Position numbers and translations under genes: made by a program
The notes under the pieces: model-generated
Databases searched by the model: none
Told to the model about the DNA's origin: nothing
The model's input: only the letters and a program-made list of their open reading frames with translations
Shown here: piece after piece, positions 1-8,052 of the stretch
Layout: each line of letters opens with the position of its first letter
Numbering within the stretch: position 1 is the first letter of the stretch
Virus record (IMG/VR): IMGVR_UViG_3300027754_000072
Strand: one strand, 5' to 3'
Length of the DNA: 20,000 bases
Origin: an uncultured virus (IMG/VR IMGVR_UViG_3300027754_000072)
Taxonomy: Duplodnaviria > Heunggongvirae > Uroviricota > Caudoviricetes

Positions 1-307
1 TTATTGTCTGAATTTCATTCTTTAAATTAAATCCTAAATTAAAGGTGGCTCCTTTGAAGAAGTCATCTAAAAACAAAGATAATTTATGAATTCTTTTATT
101 AGAAATGTTTCTTAAATATAAGCATCTATAATCAATTAATCCTTTTTTGTAAAGATCTTGACTTATATTATTAAATATGTTTTCTTCGTTTATATTAATA
201 ATACTATTACTTATTTCGCCACCAATAGATAGCAACGGATCTTGATTGTCAAAGCCCCCAGAGTAATAGTATTTTAAAATTCCTTGTAAATTTTTATATT
301 CTTCCAT
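1..307 (-). CDS. Probable virion structural protein (N-terminal part; runs off the window edge; absent from the ORF track)
   Basis: Manual translation from ATG at 307: MEEYKNLQGILKYYYSGGFDNQDPLLSIGGEISNS...NIFNNISQDLYKKGLIDYRCLYLRN...NEIQTI, open to base 1. The SGGxxNxDPxxSxGG...YRCxYxxN pattern is one I recall from conserved phage structural/tail-region proteins. Confidence 0.7.
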   Translation of the reverse strand, partial: MEEYKNLQGILKYYYSGGFDNQDPLLSIGGEISNSIININEENIFNNISQDLYKKGLIDYRCLYLRNISNKRIHKLSLFLDDFFKGATFNLGFNLKNEIQTI

Positions 308-335
308 ATTTTTATTTATTTATCAAAGTTATTAT

Positions 336-344
336 TGTTATAAT
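336..344 (+). promoter_or_regulatory. Extended -10 sigma70-type promoter element (TGTTATAAT)
   Basis: TG-n-TATAAT about 36 nt upstream of the TTG start at 381, which has a GGGAG Shine-Dalgarno (SD). The AT-rich background weakens the call. Confidence 0.4.
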
Positions 345-380
345 AATATACATATTTTTTACTAAATACGGGAGAAAAAT

Positions 381-1238
381 TTGATAATTGGCACAAATTC
401 TAAGTTTTTTGTGAATCAAAATAATTCCTTTGTTAAAGTTAATGACATATTAGGCCAGATAAACAAGAAAACTAATAATAAAGTATTAGATTTGCCTAAT
501 TTTACATTTGATGAATATTCTTTTAATTTAAAGTTTGAATCTAATAGCGAATACGATTTCATTAAAAAAATATGTGATAATTTTAATTCTATTCAAAACA
601 CTCTTAATATAGTCAACGCAAATTTATCGTTTTCTAAATTTATTGAAATACCAGATTCTAATTTTGTTATCGAATACAAAGAGAATTTGAAGAATTTTTT
701 GAAAGTTAAAAATGTTTATGATATGAATTCTAAGAATTCTATGGATTATTATACTAATATTCTTCCTGCGTTAAATGGAATTACTATAGCAGATAATTTA
801 TTTTTAGATAATAGATTAGTTAAAGTTTTTGTCAAGCTAGTAGACTTGTTTTTAACAGTTCCTTTAACTTTTTTTGAAGATGACATGAATGAGTTTGTAA
901 GAAAAAAATTCTTTTATGCTGGTGATTATTCTAAATATTCTAATGAAATAACATATTACTTTACCAGTAATTTCTGGCTCGCACCAGAATATATTAATAT
1001 TGCTAAGTTTGTACATGGCATTTTAAGTTTTTGTTATGAATTTGTATTAAATGAAGATTATTTAAAATTTTATAATATTAACGGTGATAATGTTGATGTT
1101 TTTGGTTATGACTATTTTGATTTAGTTAATTGTTTGAACAATAATAATAAAAGTTCTTTGAAGAAGTATTTATATTTCACTTATAACTTCTTACCTGAAT
1201 CATTAGTTAATGATATTGAAACATACATTAAACATTAA
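381..1238 (+). CDS. Degenerate phiEco32-like COOH-NH2 ligase type 2 (amidoligase) homolog
   Basis: TTG start with GGGAG SD. N-terminal IGTNSKFFV resembles IGxDPEFF. The C-terminal VKLVDLFLTVP..F.D..VRKKF.YAGDY....ITYY.TSNFWL follows the family's DLFxGxP...RRxxYGxAGxxR...GxEYRxxSNFW pattern, but the catalytic residues are substituted. Confidence 0.55.
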   Translation: MIIGTNSKFFVNQNNSFVKVNDILGQINKKTNNKVLDLPNFTFDEYSFNLKFESNSEYDFIKKICDNFNSIQNTLNIVNANLSFSKFIEIPDSNFVIEYKENLKNFLKVKNVYDMNSKNSMDYYTNILPALNGITIADNLFLDNRLVKVFVKLVDLFLTVPLTFFEDDMNEFVRKKFFYAGDYSKYSNEITYYFTSNFWLAPEYINIAKFVHGILSFCYEFVLNEDYLKFYNINGDNVDVFGYDYFDLVNCLNNNNKSSLKKYLYFTYNFLPESLVNDIETYIKH

Positions 1239-1883
1239 TCAAACATTACAAGATTTACATGACCATTTTTGATTTAATGATTTTAATTTTTTTAATTGTA
1301 AAATTAAAAAATCACCATTTAAGTGGAATTTATTTCTGCAATTGCTGCACCAAATAGCAGACTTGTTTTTACTTTTTGTTAATTGTTTTCTTTTTTTTAC
1401 AAGTGATAAAATATTAAAGTTTTTAATAAAGTCTGTTGGTATCTCAGGTAATTCTTTGACTGGAATTAAATCTTCTATCCAAATATAATCTTCATTTGAA
1501 TCTACATTACTAGGAGGAACTACAGATTGATGATTAAATCCTCTTATTTCAAAGTTTTTAATTTGAATTCTTGATATATTTATGTGAGTGTTTTTAAACA
1601 AATGATGAAAAGATTTTTTACTTTTGTAAATAGGATGATTAATTGCTAAAAAATAATTATTAAGTATCTCATTGGCTTCTTCTGTATCTCCTTCTATATC
1701 AACGATGTTTCCAAGTAAAAATCCAATATTGTATTTTTTATTAGAATTTAATAAGTCGCAATAGTTTTTATGATTGTATTTATTTTGCCATCCATAAAAT
1801 ATTGGCATTTTGGTATTTTGATGTAATAAAATTGGTTGGTAACCAAAATCTAAATATTTTAAAAATGCTTCTTTTGTTTTCAT
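1239..1883 (-). CDS. Bifunctional DNA primase/polymerase (Prim-Pol, AEP) domain protein with C-terminal CxxC...CxxC Zn finger
   Basis: Motifs YLDFGYQPI.L...KMP...WQ, NIGFLLG..VDIEGD (DxE), FHHLF and EIRG...QSVVPPS; C-terminal CSNC...CKSC. Confidence 0.85.
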   Translation of the reverse strand: MKTKEAFLKYLDFGYQPILLHQNTKMPIFYGWQNKYNHKNYCDLLNSNKKYNIGFLLGNIVDIEGDTEEANEILNNYFLAINHPIYKSKKSFHHLFKNTHINISRIQIKNFEIRGFNHQSVVPPSNVDSNEDYIWIEDLIPVKELPEIPTDFIKNFNILSLVKKRKQLTKSKNKSAIWCSNCRNKFHLNGDFLILQLKKLKSLNQKWSCKSCNV

Positions 1884-1927
1884 GAATTTCTTTTAATTTA
1901 TAAAACTAAAAAAAACAATAGTAAAAT

Positions 1928-1957
1928 AAAAAAAGCAGTCTTGTAGGACTGCTTTTT
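1928..1957 (-). terminator. Intrinsic terminator, potentially bidirectional
   Basis: AAAAAGCAGTC-TTGTAG-GACTGCTTTTT hairpin flanked by A/T tracts, just downstream of the minus-strand ORF ending at 1989. Confidence 0.8.
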
Positions 1958-1988
1958 AAAACTTAATGTAATGTTTTAAGCATTACAA

Positions 1989-3011
1989 TTAATTATTGTT
2001 TCGTTGACTATAAAAGCTTTGAACATCTGCTGGGTTCATTTTACCAATAATATCAGCAATAACATGAGATTTTTCAGCTATATCAGACATAGTATCTATA
2101 AGGATTCTTGGTATTTTTTCATCCTTTAATTTACTAAATAACACATCCATTTCTTGTTGTGTTCTTTGCAATTGCTGCATCAACATACCATCTGAATTTT
2201 CATTTACTTTTTTTGAGTAATTTACATTACCTTTTTCAGTAAAATGCTTTTTTGTTTTTTTACCAAAATTCTTTTTTGATTTTTTGATTTTTTTTGATTC
2301 GTTTACCATACCATCAAAATTTTTCTTAGTTACACAAGAATTATCAAGCATATTAGCAACACTTTTTTGCCAATCTTTCATGGTAGGAATATGCTTTGGA
2401 ATAGTATTTTCAGCTGCCATATAAGAACCACATCCAGACGAATACTTTTTCATGTGTTTCATTGAGCCAGATTCGTTGTCAGAAGAATCCTTGTTCATGC
2501 GTTTCATGTGTTTCATGTATTTCATTGAACCAGATTCTTTTGGCATATTTTCAGCTGACATATAAGAACCACATCCAGAAGAATCTTTTTTCATGTATTT
2601 CATTGAACGAGATTCTTTGTCTTTTGGCATATTTTCTACTTCTATGCCCATGTCACCTTCTTCATCATGGTCTTCATCGTCATGGTCTTCATCGTCATGG
2701 TCTTCATCGTCATGGTCTTCATCGTCATCATCGTAATCTTCATCATCTTCATCATCATCATCATCGTCTTCATCGTCATCATCGTAATCTTCATCGTCTT
2801 CATCGTCTTCTTCATCTTCATCATCTTCATCATCTTCGATATCTTCATCATCTTCATCATCTTCATCATCATCTTCGATATCTTCTTCATCTTCCATGTA
2901 AGATTCCATTTTCTTATCCATCATAACTCCCATGTTCTGAGGATTGGAAAGTCCAAGGTTGAAAGATAGCATGTTTTCGTTTAACTTTTTCCATTTATTG
3001 TAATTAAGCAT
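1989..3011 (-). CDS. Low-complexity acidic protein, putative internal head protein
   Basis: AGGAG SD; N-terminus MLNYNKWKKLNE; about 80-residue Asp/Glu tract, Met/Lys repeats, a Lys-rich segment and a helical C-terminus. Confidence 0.75.
   Translation of the reverse strand: MLNYNKWKKLNENMLSFNLGLSNPQNMGVMMDKKMESYMEDEEDIEDDDEDDEDDEDIEDDEDDEDEEDDEDDEDYDDDDEDDDDDDEDDEDYDDDDEDHDDEDHDDEDHDDEDHDEEGDMGIEVENMPKDKESRSMKYMKKDSSGCGSYMSAENMPKESGSMKYMKHMKRMNKDSSDNESGSMKHMKKYSSGCGSYMAAENTIPKHIPTMKDWQKSVANMLDNSCVTKKNFDGMVNESKKIKKSKKNFGKKTKKHFTEKGNVNYSKKVNENSDGMLMQQLQRTQQEMDVLFSKLKDEKIPRILIDTMSDIAEKSHVIADIIGKMNPADVQSFYSQRNNN
2651..2893 (-). repeat. Coding low-complexity (GAT/GAA/GAC)n tract, including tandem 15-nt TCTTCATCGTCATGG units (HDDED)
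   Basis: Directly visible trinucleotide-periodic repeat encoding poly-D/E. Confidence 0.9.
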
Positions 3012-3041
3012 AGTTTCTCCTAAAAAGGTTTACCTTATATA

Positions 3042-3299
3042 TCAAATAAAGAATTTTTTATTATCTTTTTTATTATTATTTTTATTTAAATTTTTTTCCG
3101 ACAATGCTTTTCGTATTATTTCTGCATTTTTACTCAATTTGTTTTGATTTGCTGGCAAAGGAGTTTTTTGATCGGCTTTTTTATGTAACTCACTATAAAT
3201 ATTAGCTCTGCTAATTTTACTAGATATAACTTTATTTTTAGTAGGAGATGTGTTGAAGTTTTTTAATCTTGAGTTATTGTTGTTATTGCATCCACACAT
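3042..3299 (-). CDS. Small basic hypothetical protein with N-terminal MCGC motif
   Basis: 85 aa, K/N-rich, co-oriented with its neighbours. Confidence 0.65.
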   Translation of the reverse strand: MCGCNNNNNSRLKNFNTSPTKNKVISSKISRANIYSELHKKADQKTPLPANQNKLSKNAEIIRKALSEKNLNKNNNKKDNKKFFI

Positions 3300-3319
3300 T
3301 TTTATCTTTCTAAAGTAAT

Positions 3320-3475
3320 TTATTTATTTCTTTTAATTCTTTTATTAACTACTTTTCTAATAATGTTTTTTCTTTGTTCGCTATCGCCTCCACATCCACA
3401 TCCTTGAGGTGAAGGTGGTACAGGTAACGAAGGAGCAATTCTTTTTTTATTTCTTTTTTTATTAAACTTCTGCAT
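3320..3475 (-). CDS. Small highly basic protein with GCGCGG motif (51 aa; absent from the ORF track)
   Basis: Manual translation MQKFNKKRNKKRIAPSLPVPPSPQGCGCGGDSEQRKNIIRKVVNKRIKRNK*. It fills the gap between a terminator and the next ORF; ATAAATA lies 4 nt upstream of the ATG. Confidence 0.65.
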   Translation of the reverse strand: MQKFNKKRNKKRIAPSLPVPPSPQGCGCGGDSEQRKNIIRKVVNKRIKRNK

Positions 3476-3500
3476 GTAGTATTTATTGTCAATCAAATAA

Positions 3501-3533
3501 AAAAGAGCAATTATTTTAAATAATTGCTCTTTT
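3501..3533 (-). terminator. Long inverted repeat / intrinsic terminator
   Basis: AAAAGAGCAATTATTT-T-AAATAATTGCTCTTTT, directly downstream of the minus-strand ORF ending at 3549. Confidence 0.75.
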
Positions 3534-3548
3534 AAATAATTTTAAAAT

Positions 3549-3788
3549 TTATACAGTTGGTTCTTTTGGCAAAACAATGAAGCTTTTACAGCTTAATTTA
3601 TTAGCTCTAGCATTACATGCTGATACAATAGCACTTTTGTTTTCATAAAGAGTACAGTTTGTATCTTTTTTCCTAATTTTCGTTGGCGTTAAACCGCTAA
3701 TTGTGGCAATTGCTTCGTAGTATTCTTTGCCCTTAACAGTTGTTTTGCGAACTTGAAACTTAATCGTATCTTTAACACAAGTCTTCAT
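3549..3788 (-). CDS. Small basic hypothetical protein
   Basis: 79 aa; AGGAG SD and an upstream TATAAT; followed by a terminator. Confidence 0.75.
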   Translation of the reverse strand: MKTCVKDTIKFQVRKTTVKGKEYYEAIATISGLTPTKIRKKDTNCTLYENKSAIVSACNARANKLSCKSFIVLPKEPTV

Positions 3789-3838
3789 AACGATACTCCT
3801 AAAAAAAGGTTATATTCAATTATAGACAATTATTTATT

Positions 3839-4414
3839 TTACACAATAATATTTTTAGAATTTATAACTTCTCTTTTGTTTAAGGATTTAAATATTTTAT
3901 TGTTAAAAAATGGAATTAACACTACTTTTCCCAAAGGTCTTTTGTTTTTTTCTTTAAAAGAACAAATAGCATTTACATAAGTTTTAACAAATAAATCTTT
4001 TTTAAAGTTTAATATTTTTTCAATGTTTAAAAATTGAAACAATTCTTCAAAAAAAAAGTTTAAATAATGCTTAAATAATTTATCATCATTTATATTTTTT
4101 GTATTTATGAAAAACATTAAAGTTTCCCAGTTTACAGTTATAAATTTGTATTTATTTAAAATTATTATAATCGAATTGTAAAAAAAGGCTTTATTAATTT
4201 TAAGTATGGTTAAAAATTGTTTTATAGTAAAAACTATAGTGTTTTTTTTGGAAAAATTATTAAATGTACAAAATTCACATTTATTTTTTTTAGTACAAAA
4301 ATATGTTGGCTTGTAACTTATATCGCAGCAAAAACAAATAAAAAGCTTGTTTTTAATGAAAAATGAATTATTTTCAATTGTTTTAGGCACAAGAATAATT
4401 TGTTCTTTTGACAT
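3839..4414 (-). CDS. Hypothetical protein with N-terminal Cys cluster (possible Zn finger)
   Basis: 191 aa ORF; CFCC...C...CEFC. Confidence 0.6.
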   Translation of the reverse strand: MSKEQIILVPKTIENNSFFIKNKLFICFCCDISYKPTYFCTKKNKCEFCTFNNFSKKNTIVFTIKQFLTILKINKAFFYNSIIIILNKYKFITVNWETLMFFINTKNINDDKLFKHYLNFFFEELFQFLNIEKILNFKKDLFVKTYVNAICSFKEKNKRPLGKVVLIPFFNNKIFKSLNKREVINSKNIIV

Positions 4415-4442
4415 TTTATTTAATAAAAATTTAAAACAAAAC

Positions 4443-4450
4443 TATAAATA
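4443..4450 (+). promoter_or_regulatory. T4-type late promoter consensus TATAAATA
   Basis: Exact match in the intergenic region upstream of ORF 4546. Confidence 0.45.
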
Positions 4451-4545
4451 GATTAGAAACAATAGTTTATTTTATAACTATAATCTTTTAGTATAATTAA
4501 AACCTTATAAAACTAAAAGATAAATTTTTTAAAGAAGAGGTAAAA

Positions 4546-4782
4546 ATGTTAACATTTGAAGAATGGGTTCACAGAAGTAATCCCCTTTTAGCAGAAAAAA
4601 CATCTAGGGCTGGTATTGCTCATTGGGCTTATCCTCAAGGGTATGTAAGAGCACATTATCCTGCTAGTTATTTTACTCCTATAGCATCTGATGCTATACA
4701 AAAAATGGGTTCGACAGTTAAAGATACTGGTATTGATGTTAAGAAATTTAATTATTCTCAATTCAATGACACCGAATCTTAA
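4546..4782 (+). CDS. Small hypothetical protein, putative internal head protein
   Basis: GAGGT SD; N-terminus MLTFEEW...LLAE; internal duplicated aromatic-YPxxY motif (WAYPQGY / HYPASY). Confidence 0.75.
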   Translation: MLTFEEWVHRSNPLLAEKTSRAGIAHWAYPQGYVRAHYPASYFTPIASDAIQKMGSTVKDTGIDVKKFNYSQFNDTES

Positions 4783-4800
4783 CATTGAAATTTTACATTT

Positions 4801-4833
4801 AAAAAACTTGCATGTTAAGTGCAAGTTTTTTTT
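4801..4833. terminator. Bidirectional intrinsic terminator
   Basis: AAAAAACTTGCA-TGTTAAG-TGCAAGTTTTTTTT between convergent genes. Confidence 0.85.
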
Positions 4834-4835
4834 AT

Positions 4836-5219
4836 TTAAAAAATAACATTTGAATATTCATCTTCAAAATCATCTTTATTTTCAACATTAATTACTATAA
4901 AATCTTGTATTCCTTTTAATCTAAGTTTATGATCATGACTTAAAATGGATTCAATTGGCTTATTTATTAAATCTGGTACATTAGTCCAATAAGCCCATTG
5001 AGTATCAGAACTAGGATTTTGAAAAACCATATTAAGCTTGTAATACTTATCAAGAATTTTTTCTACTTCTTCTTCTGAAATTCCAGCTTCTTTTGCTATA
5101 GCAGATACGCTTCTCCATTTCCACTTTTTATTTCTTGCTAAACTTTTAAATAATTTTTCTTCTATATCGCCTTGCATTGTACCTTTTGGGTAAACATCAT
5201 ACCAATTTGAAATATTCAT
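4836..5219 (-). CDS. Winged helix-turn-helix-like DNA-binding protein
   Basis: LFKSLA...WRSVSAIAKEAGISEEEVEKILDKYYKLNMV is a typical wHTH pattern; AAGGA SD. Confidence 0.65.
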   Translation of the reverse strand: MNISNWYDVYPKGTMQGDIEEKLFKSLARNKKWKWRSVSAIAKEAGISEEEVEKILDKYYKLNMVFQNPSSDTQWAYWTNVPDLINKPIESILSHDHKLRLKGIQDFIVINVENKDDFEDEYSNVIF

Positions 5220-5292
5220 ATAATTATCCTTTAAAAAATACTTAATGTTATTATAATAAATTGTTATATAAAAATATTGCTTAAAGGAAAAA

Positions 5293-5697
5293 ATGAAAAA
5301 TAAAAAAAATGATTTTAGTGGAAAAGGAGTTTATATATATGAGAACAATACGAATGCAGATTTAATGTTGCCAAAATTAAATATGGATAACAAAAAATTT
5401 GTTGGTCCTCATAAGATTTTTAAAGGAGATAGTTATTTCCTTAGATTAGTAAAAACAAATGAATTAAAACTAATTCAAGTTATTGATAATGGAGAAGAAA
5501 AACCTATGAATGAAAATAAATTAATTTTAGATCAGCCTGATATTGTTAAATCCGCTGGTAAAATTGAACATGTGCAAACAAGTTCTAATGTTCCAATTAA
5601 TGATTCAAAAAATAATTTAATTGATGATCCAGATGAAAAAAAAGATATATTGTTAAATGAAAATCCTTCTGGAAGCATTGAAATTGTTATTAATTAA
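5293..5697 (+). CDS. Hypothetical protein
   Basis: 134 aa ORF with AAGGA SD and an upstream TATAAT. Confidence 0.7.
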   Translation: MKNKKNDFSGKGVYIYENNTNADLMLPKLNMDNKKFVGPHKIFKGDSYFLRLVKTNELKLIQVIDNGEEKPMNENKLILDQPDIVKSAGKIEHVQTSSNVPINDSKNNLIDDPDEKKDILLNENPSGSIEIVIN

Positions 5698-6097
5698 ATT
5701 TGTGTTTTGAAATTTCAAATTTTGTTAAAATATAATTTTTAAATAAATTTATTTTCTTATATAATCTTTCGTGAAGATTGTAATATTCAACTTCATTGAA
5801 GTTTATCCAATTGTAATCTAAATGCTCTTCGCTTAGAGTACAGTGAAATTTATTTTTAACTAACATTACATATGTAACAAAATACCTGTTTTTGGTAAAA
5901 TCAGGAAACTTTCCAATTTCTATGCCTTTAGGAAGAAATCCAATTTCTTCCTTGGTTTCTCTGCAAGCTGTATCCCAGCTGCTTTCTTTATTTTCTTCTT
6001 TTCCTCCTGGTATGCTCCAAATTTTATTTCTTGAATTTTTCAATAAAATTAAGAAACTTTCTCCATTTGTAAAAAATATACCAGCAGATTTCTTCAA
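5690..6097 (-). CDS. Nudix hydrolase
   Basis: Complete Nudix box G-KEENK-E-SSWDTAC-RETKEEIGF; KSAG N-terminus and LSEEHxxYxW C-terminal motif as in Ap4A-hydrolase-like Nudix enzymes; ATGA-type overlap with the upstream gene. Confidence 0.92.
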   Translation of the reverse strand: MKKSAGIFFTNGESFLILLKNSRNKIWSIPGGKEENKESSWDTACRETKEEIGFLPKGIEIGKFPDFTKNRYFVTYVMLVKNKFHCTLSEEHLDYNWINFNEVEYYNLHERLYKKINLFKNYILTKFEISKHKFN

Positions 6098-6681
6098 TTT
6101 TTTGGCCCTCTTTTTAAATTAATACCTTTTAGTTTTTCTTTATGCATGTCTTTTTTATTTTTTAAATCATCCATTATGCTTTTTAAACTTTTAGTCATAC
6201 TAGAAGCATTTATTTCTCCGCTAATTTTTTCATTGCTAGTTACAGAAACAGTTTTTTTACTTTTATTATAGAAACCTTTGCTTAGTACAAACATATCAAT
6301 TTTATGATTGTAACTTATTAGTCCACACCAGCCTCCATCATCCCAGTTTCTTGCACTTACAATTATTCTATATGGTTCTTCATCAAATATTAATTTAACA
6401 TGATATCCTTCTCTTTTTAAAGCAGCACTTACATATCCAAGTGAAATTTTTGCAAATCCACTTAATGCATCTTCTTTATTTGTACGATAATTTATTTCTA
6501 CAGAATATCTTGTGTGCTCAATTGATTCTGTTATAATATTATTGTTTTCTTTTAAAATATTTGAAAAATATTCTTTGCAAATAGAAGTAAAGCCTTCTAA
6601 ATCTTCTTGATTTATATCTTTAACATTATCAAAAAGATCAGAAAAAACTTCTTGTTTATATTGTTTGTAATTTTTCATCAT
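6094..6681 (-). CDS. Hypothetical protein, putative internal head protein
   Basis: 195 aa; N-terminus MMKNYKQYKQE followed by ILKE and IITE motifs; alpha/beta core with RNWDDGGW. Confidence 0.75.
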   Translation of the reverse strand: MMKNYKQYKQEVFSDLFDNVKDINQEDLEGFTSICKEYFSNILKENNNIITESIEHTRYSVEINYRTNKEDALSGFAKISLGYVSAALKREGYHVKLIFDEEPYRIIVSARNWDDGGWCGLISYNHKIDMFVLSKGFYNKSKKTVSVTSNEKISGEINASSMTKSLKSIMDDLKNKKDMHKEKLKGINLKRGPKN

Positions 6682-6730
6682 AATTTATTTATTGTTAGAA
6701 CTAAAATATAATAGATAAAAAGGAGAAAAT

Positions 6731-7570
6731 TTGAGTAAAAAATTAACAATAGGATTTGCTTGCTACGATGATGTAGAAGGAGCATTTTTTACAATTGGAG
6801 CTTTAAAGCTTTATCACAATAAACATGAAAAAGATATTGAAATATTAGTAATTGATGATTTACCTAATAAAACAGAAGGCCTTCAAGGATTATGTGATAT
6901 ATCAGGAGCAAGATATGTTCATGCTTCTGTAAATAAAGGACCAGCAAGAGCTAAGAATAATGTTTTTCATTATGCAGAAGGTGAATATGTATTATTGCTA
7001 GATAGTCATGTTTTATTATGCGAAAATGCAGTTGATAATATTTTTGATGGTATTTTTTATGATTTAATAAAAAAAGATATGTGGGTAGGCCCTTTGATAA
7101 ATGAAAGAGGTAATATTATAGCTACTCATTTAGATCCAAAATGGCGTGGAGCATTTTATGGAACATGGGGAGTAGATGATGAAATTGCTAAAGGAACAAT
7201 GAAAGAAGTCGTAATGCATGGGGCTGCATTTATGCTAATGAAAAAAGAACATTGGCCAAAATTCTCTTCTAATTTTGAGGGTTTTGCTGGAGAAGAAGGT
7301 TATATTCATGAGAAAGTTAGAATGAATGGCGGTAAAGTAATTTGTAATCCAAGATTAAAATGGATGCATAGATTCGTAAGAGGAAAACCTATTACTTTTA
7401 AACTTGATAATACAGATAGAGTTTATAATTTTTTAATTGCATTTCATGAAATAAAATATGATGTAAATGAAGTAATTTCTTTCTTTAGAAAAGATGAAAT
7501 GGCTGAAGATATTATTCAAAAAGCAATTGAAAGAGCAGTAAAAGTTTATCCAAATATGTTTAATAAATAA
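6731..7570 (+). CDS. GT-A fold glycosyltransferase (GT2/GT27-like, DxH motif)
   Basis: LTIGFACYDD, EILVIDD, NKGPARAKN, GEYVLLLDSH, FAGEE, HRF; TTG start with AGGAG SD. Confidence 0.9.
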   Translation: MSKKLTIGFACYDDVEGAFFTIGALKLYHNKHEKDIEILVIDDLPNKTEGLQGLCDISGARYVHASVNKGPARAKNNVFHYAEGEYVLLLDSHVLLCENAVDNIFDGIFYDLIKKDMWVGPLINERGNIIATHLDPKWRGAFYGTWGVDDEIAKGTMKEVVMHGAAFMLMKKEHWPKFSSNFEGFAGEEGYIHEKVRMNGGKVICNPRLKWMHRFVRGKPITFKLDNTDRVYNFLIAFHEIKYDVNEVISFFRKDEMAEDIIQKAIERAVKVYPNMFNK

Positions 7571-7605
7571 TACATACAATTAAATTATATTAATGGGAGA
7601 ATATT

Positions 7606-8052
7606 ATGGCTGATTTAACTTTGGGTCAAAATAACATTTCTGTGGTAGTTAGTGATACCACTGGAAACATGGCTATAGTTAATACAGGTGGTGATTCTGG
7701 TAATTCTTTGACAACATTTGAAAGTTCCCGAGGTCAAAAATTAGCATCTGACTCTATACCAGTTGTTATATGTAATGAACAAGCAATACAAAGTTATTTT
7801 ATAACAGACCAAATAACAGTTGGATTATCAGTTGTACAACTTTCTTCAAATATAATTGAAAATTCAATTAATATAAAAGCAAGTAATTCAAACAATGGAA
7901 ATATTTACATTGGCAATTCAAATTCATTGACAATATCAAATGGATATGAATTAGTTGCAGGCGAAAGCATTACCTTACCTATAATTAATTCAAATTTAAT
8001 ATATTTAATAGCAAATTTAGATAGTCAAAAAGTTTCTTTTATAGGTTCTTAA
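7606..8052 (+). CDS. Probable virion structural protein (beta-rich; decoration or tail-associated)
   Basis: S/N/T/G-rich; GQKxxSxSIPVV and IKAxxxNxGNIYIG...GYELxAGExI motifs that I recall from phage structural proteins; GGGAG SD. Confidence 0.55.
   Translation: MADLTLGQNNISVVVSDTTGNMAIVNTGGDSGNSLTTFESSRGQKLASDSIPVVICNEQAIQSYFITDQITVGLSVVQLSSNIIENSINIKASNSNNGNIYIGNSNSLTISNGYELVAGESITLPIINSNLIYLIANLDSQKVSFIGS

Noticed and set aside
1967..1987. Small hairpin TGTAATG-N7-CATTACA as a separate ncRNA
   Set aside because: Only a 7-9 bp AT-rich stem next to the real terminator; not enough to call.
2462..2969. His-rich, Met/Lys-rich and Ile/Phe-rich ORFs (2462-2926+, 2642-2890-, 2667-2969+)
   Set aside because: Alternative-frame shadows of the GAT/GAA tract. 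The 1989-3011 frame has the SD and complex flanking sequence.
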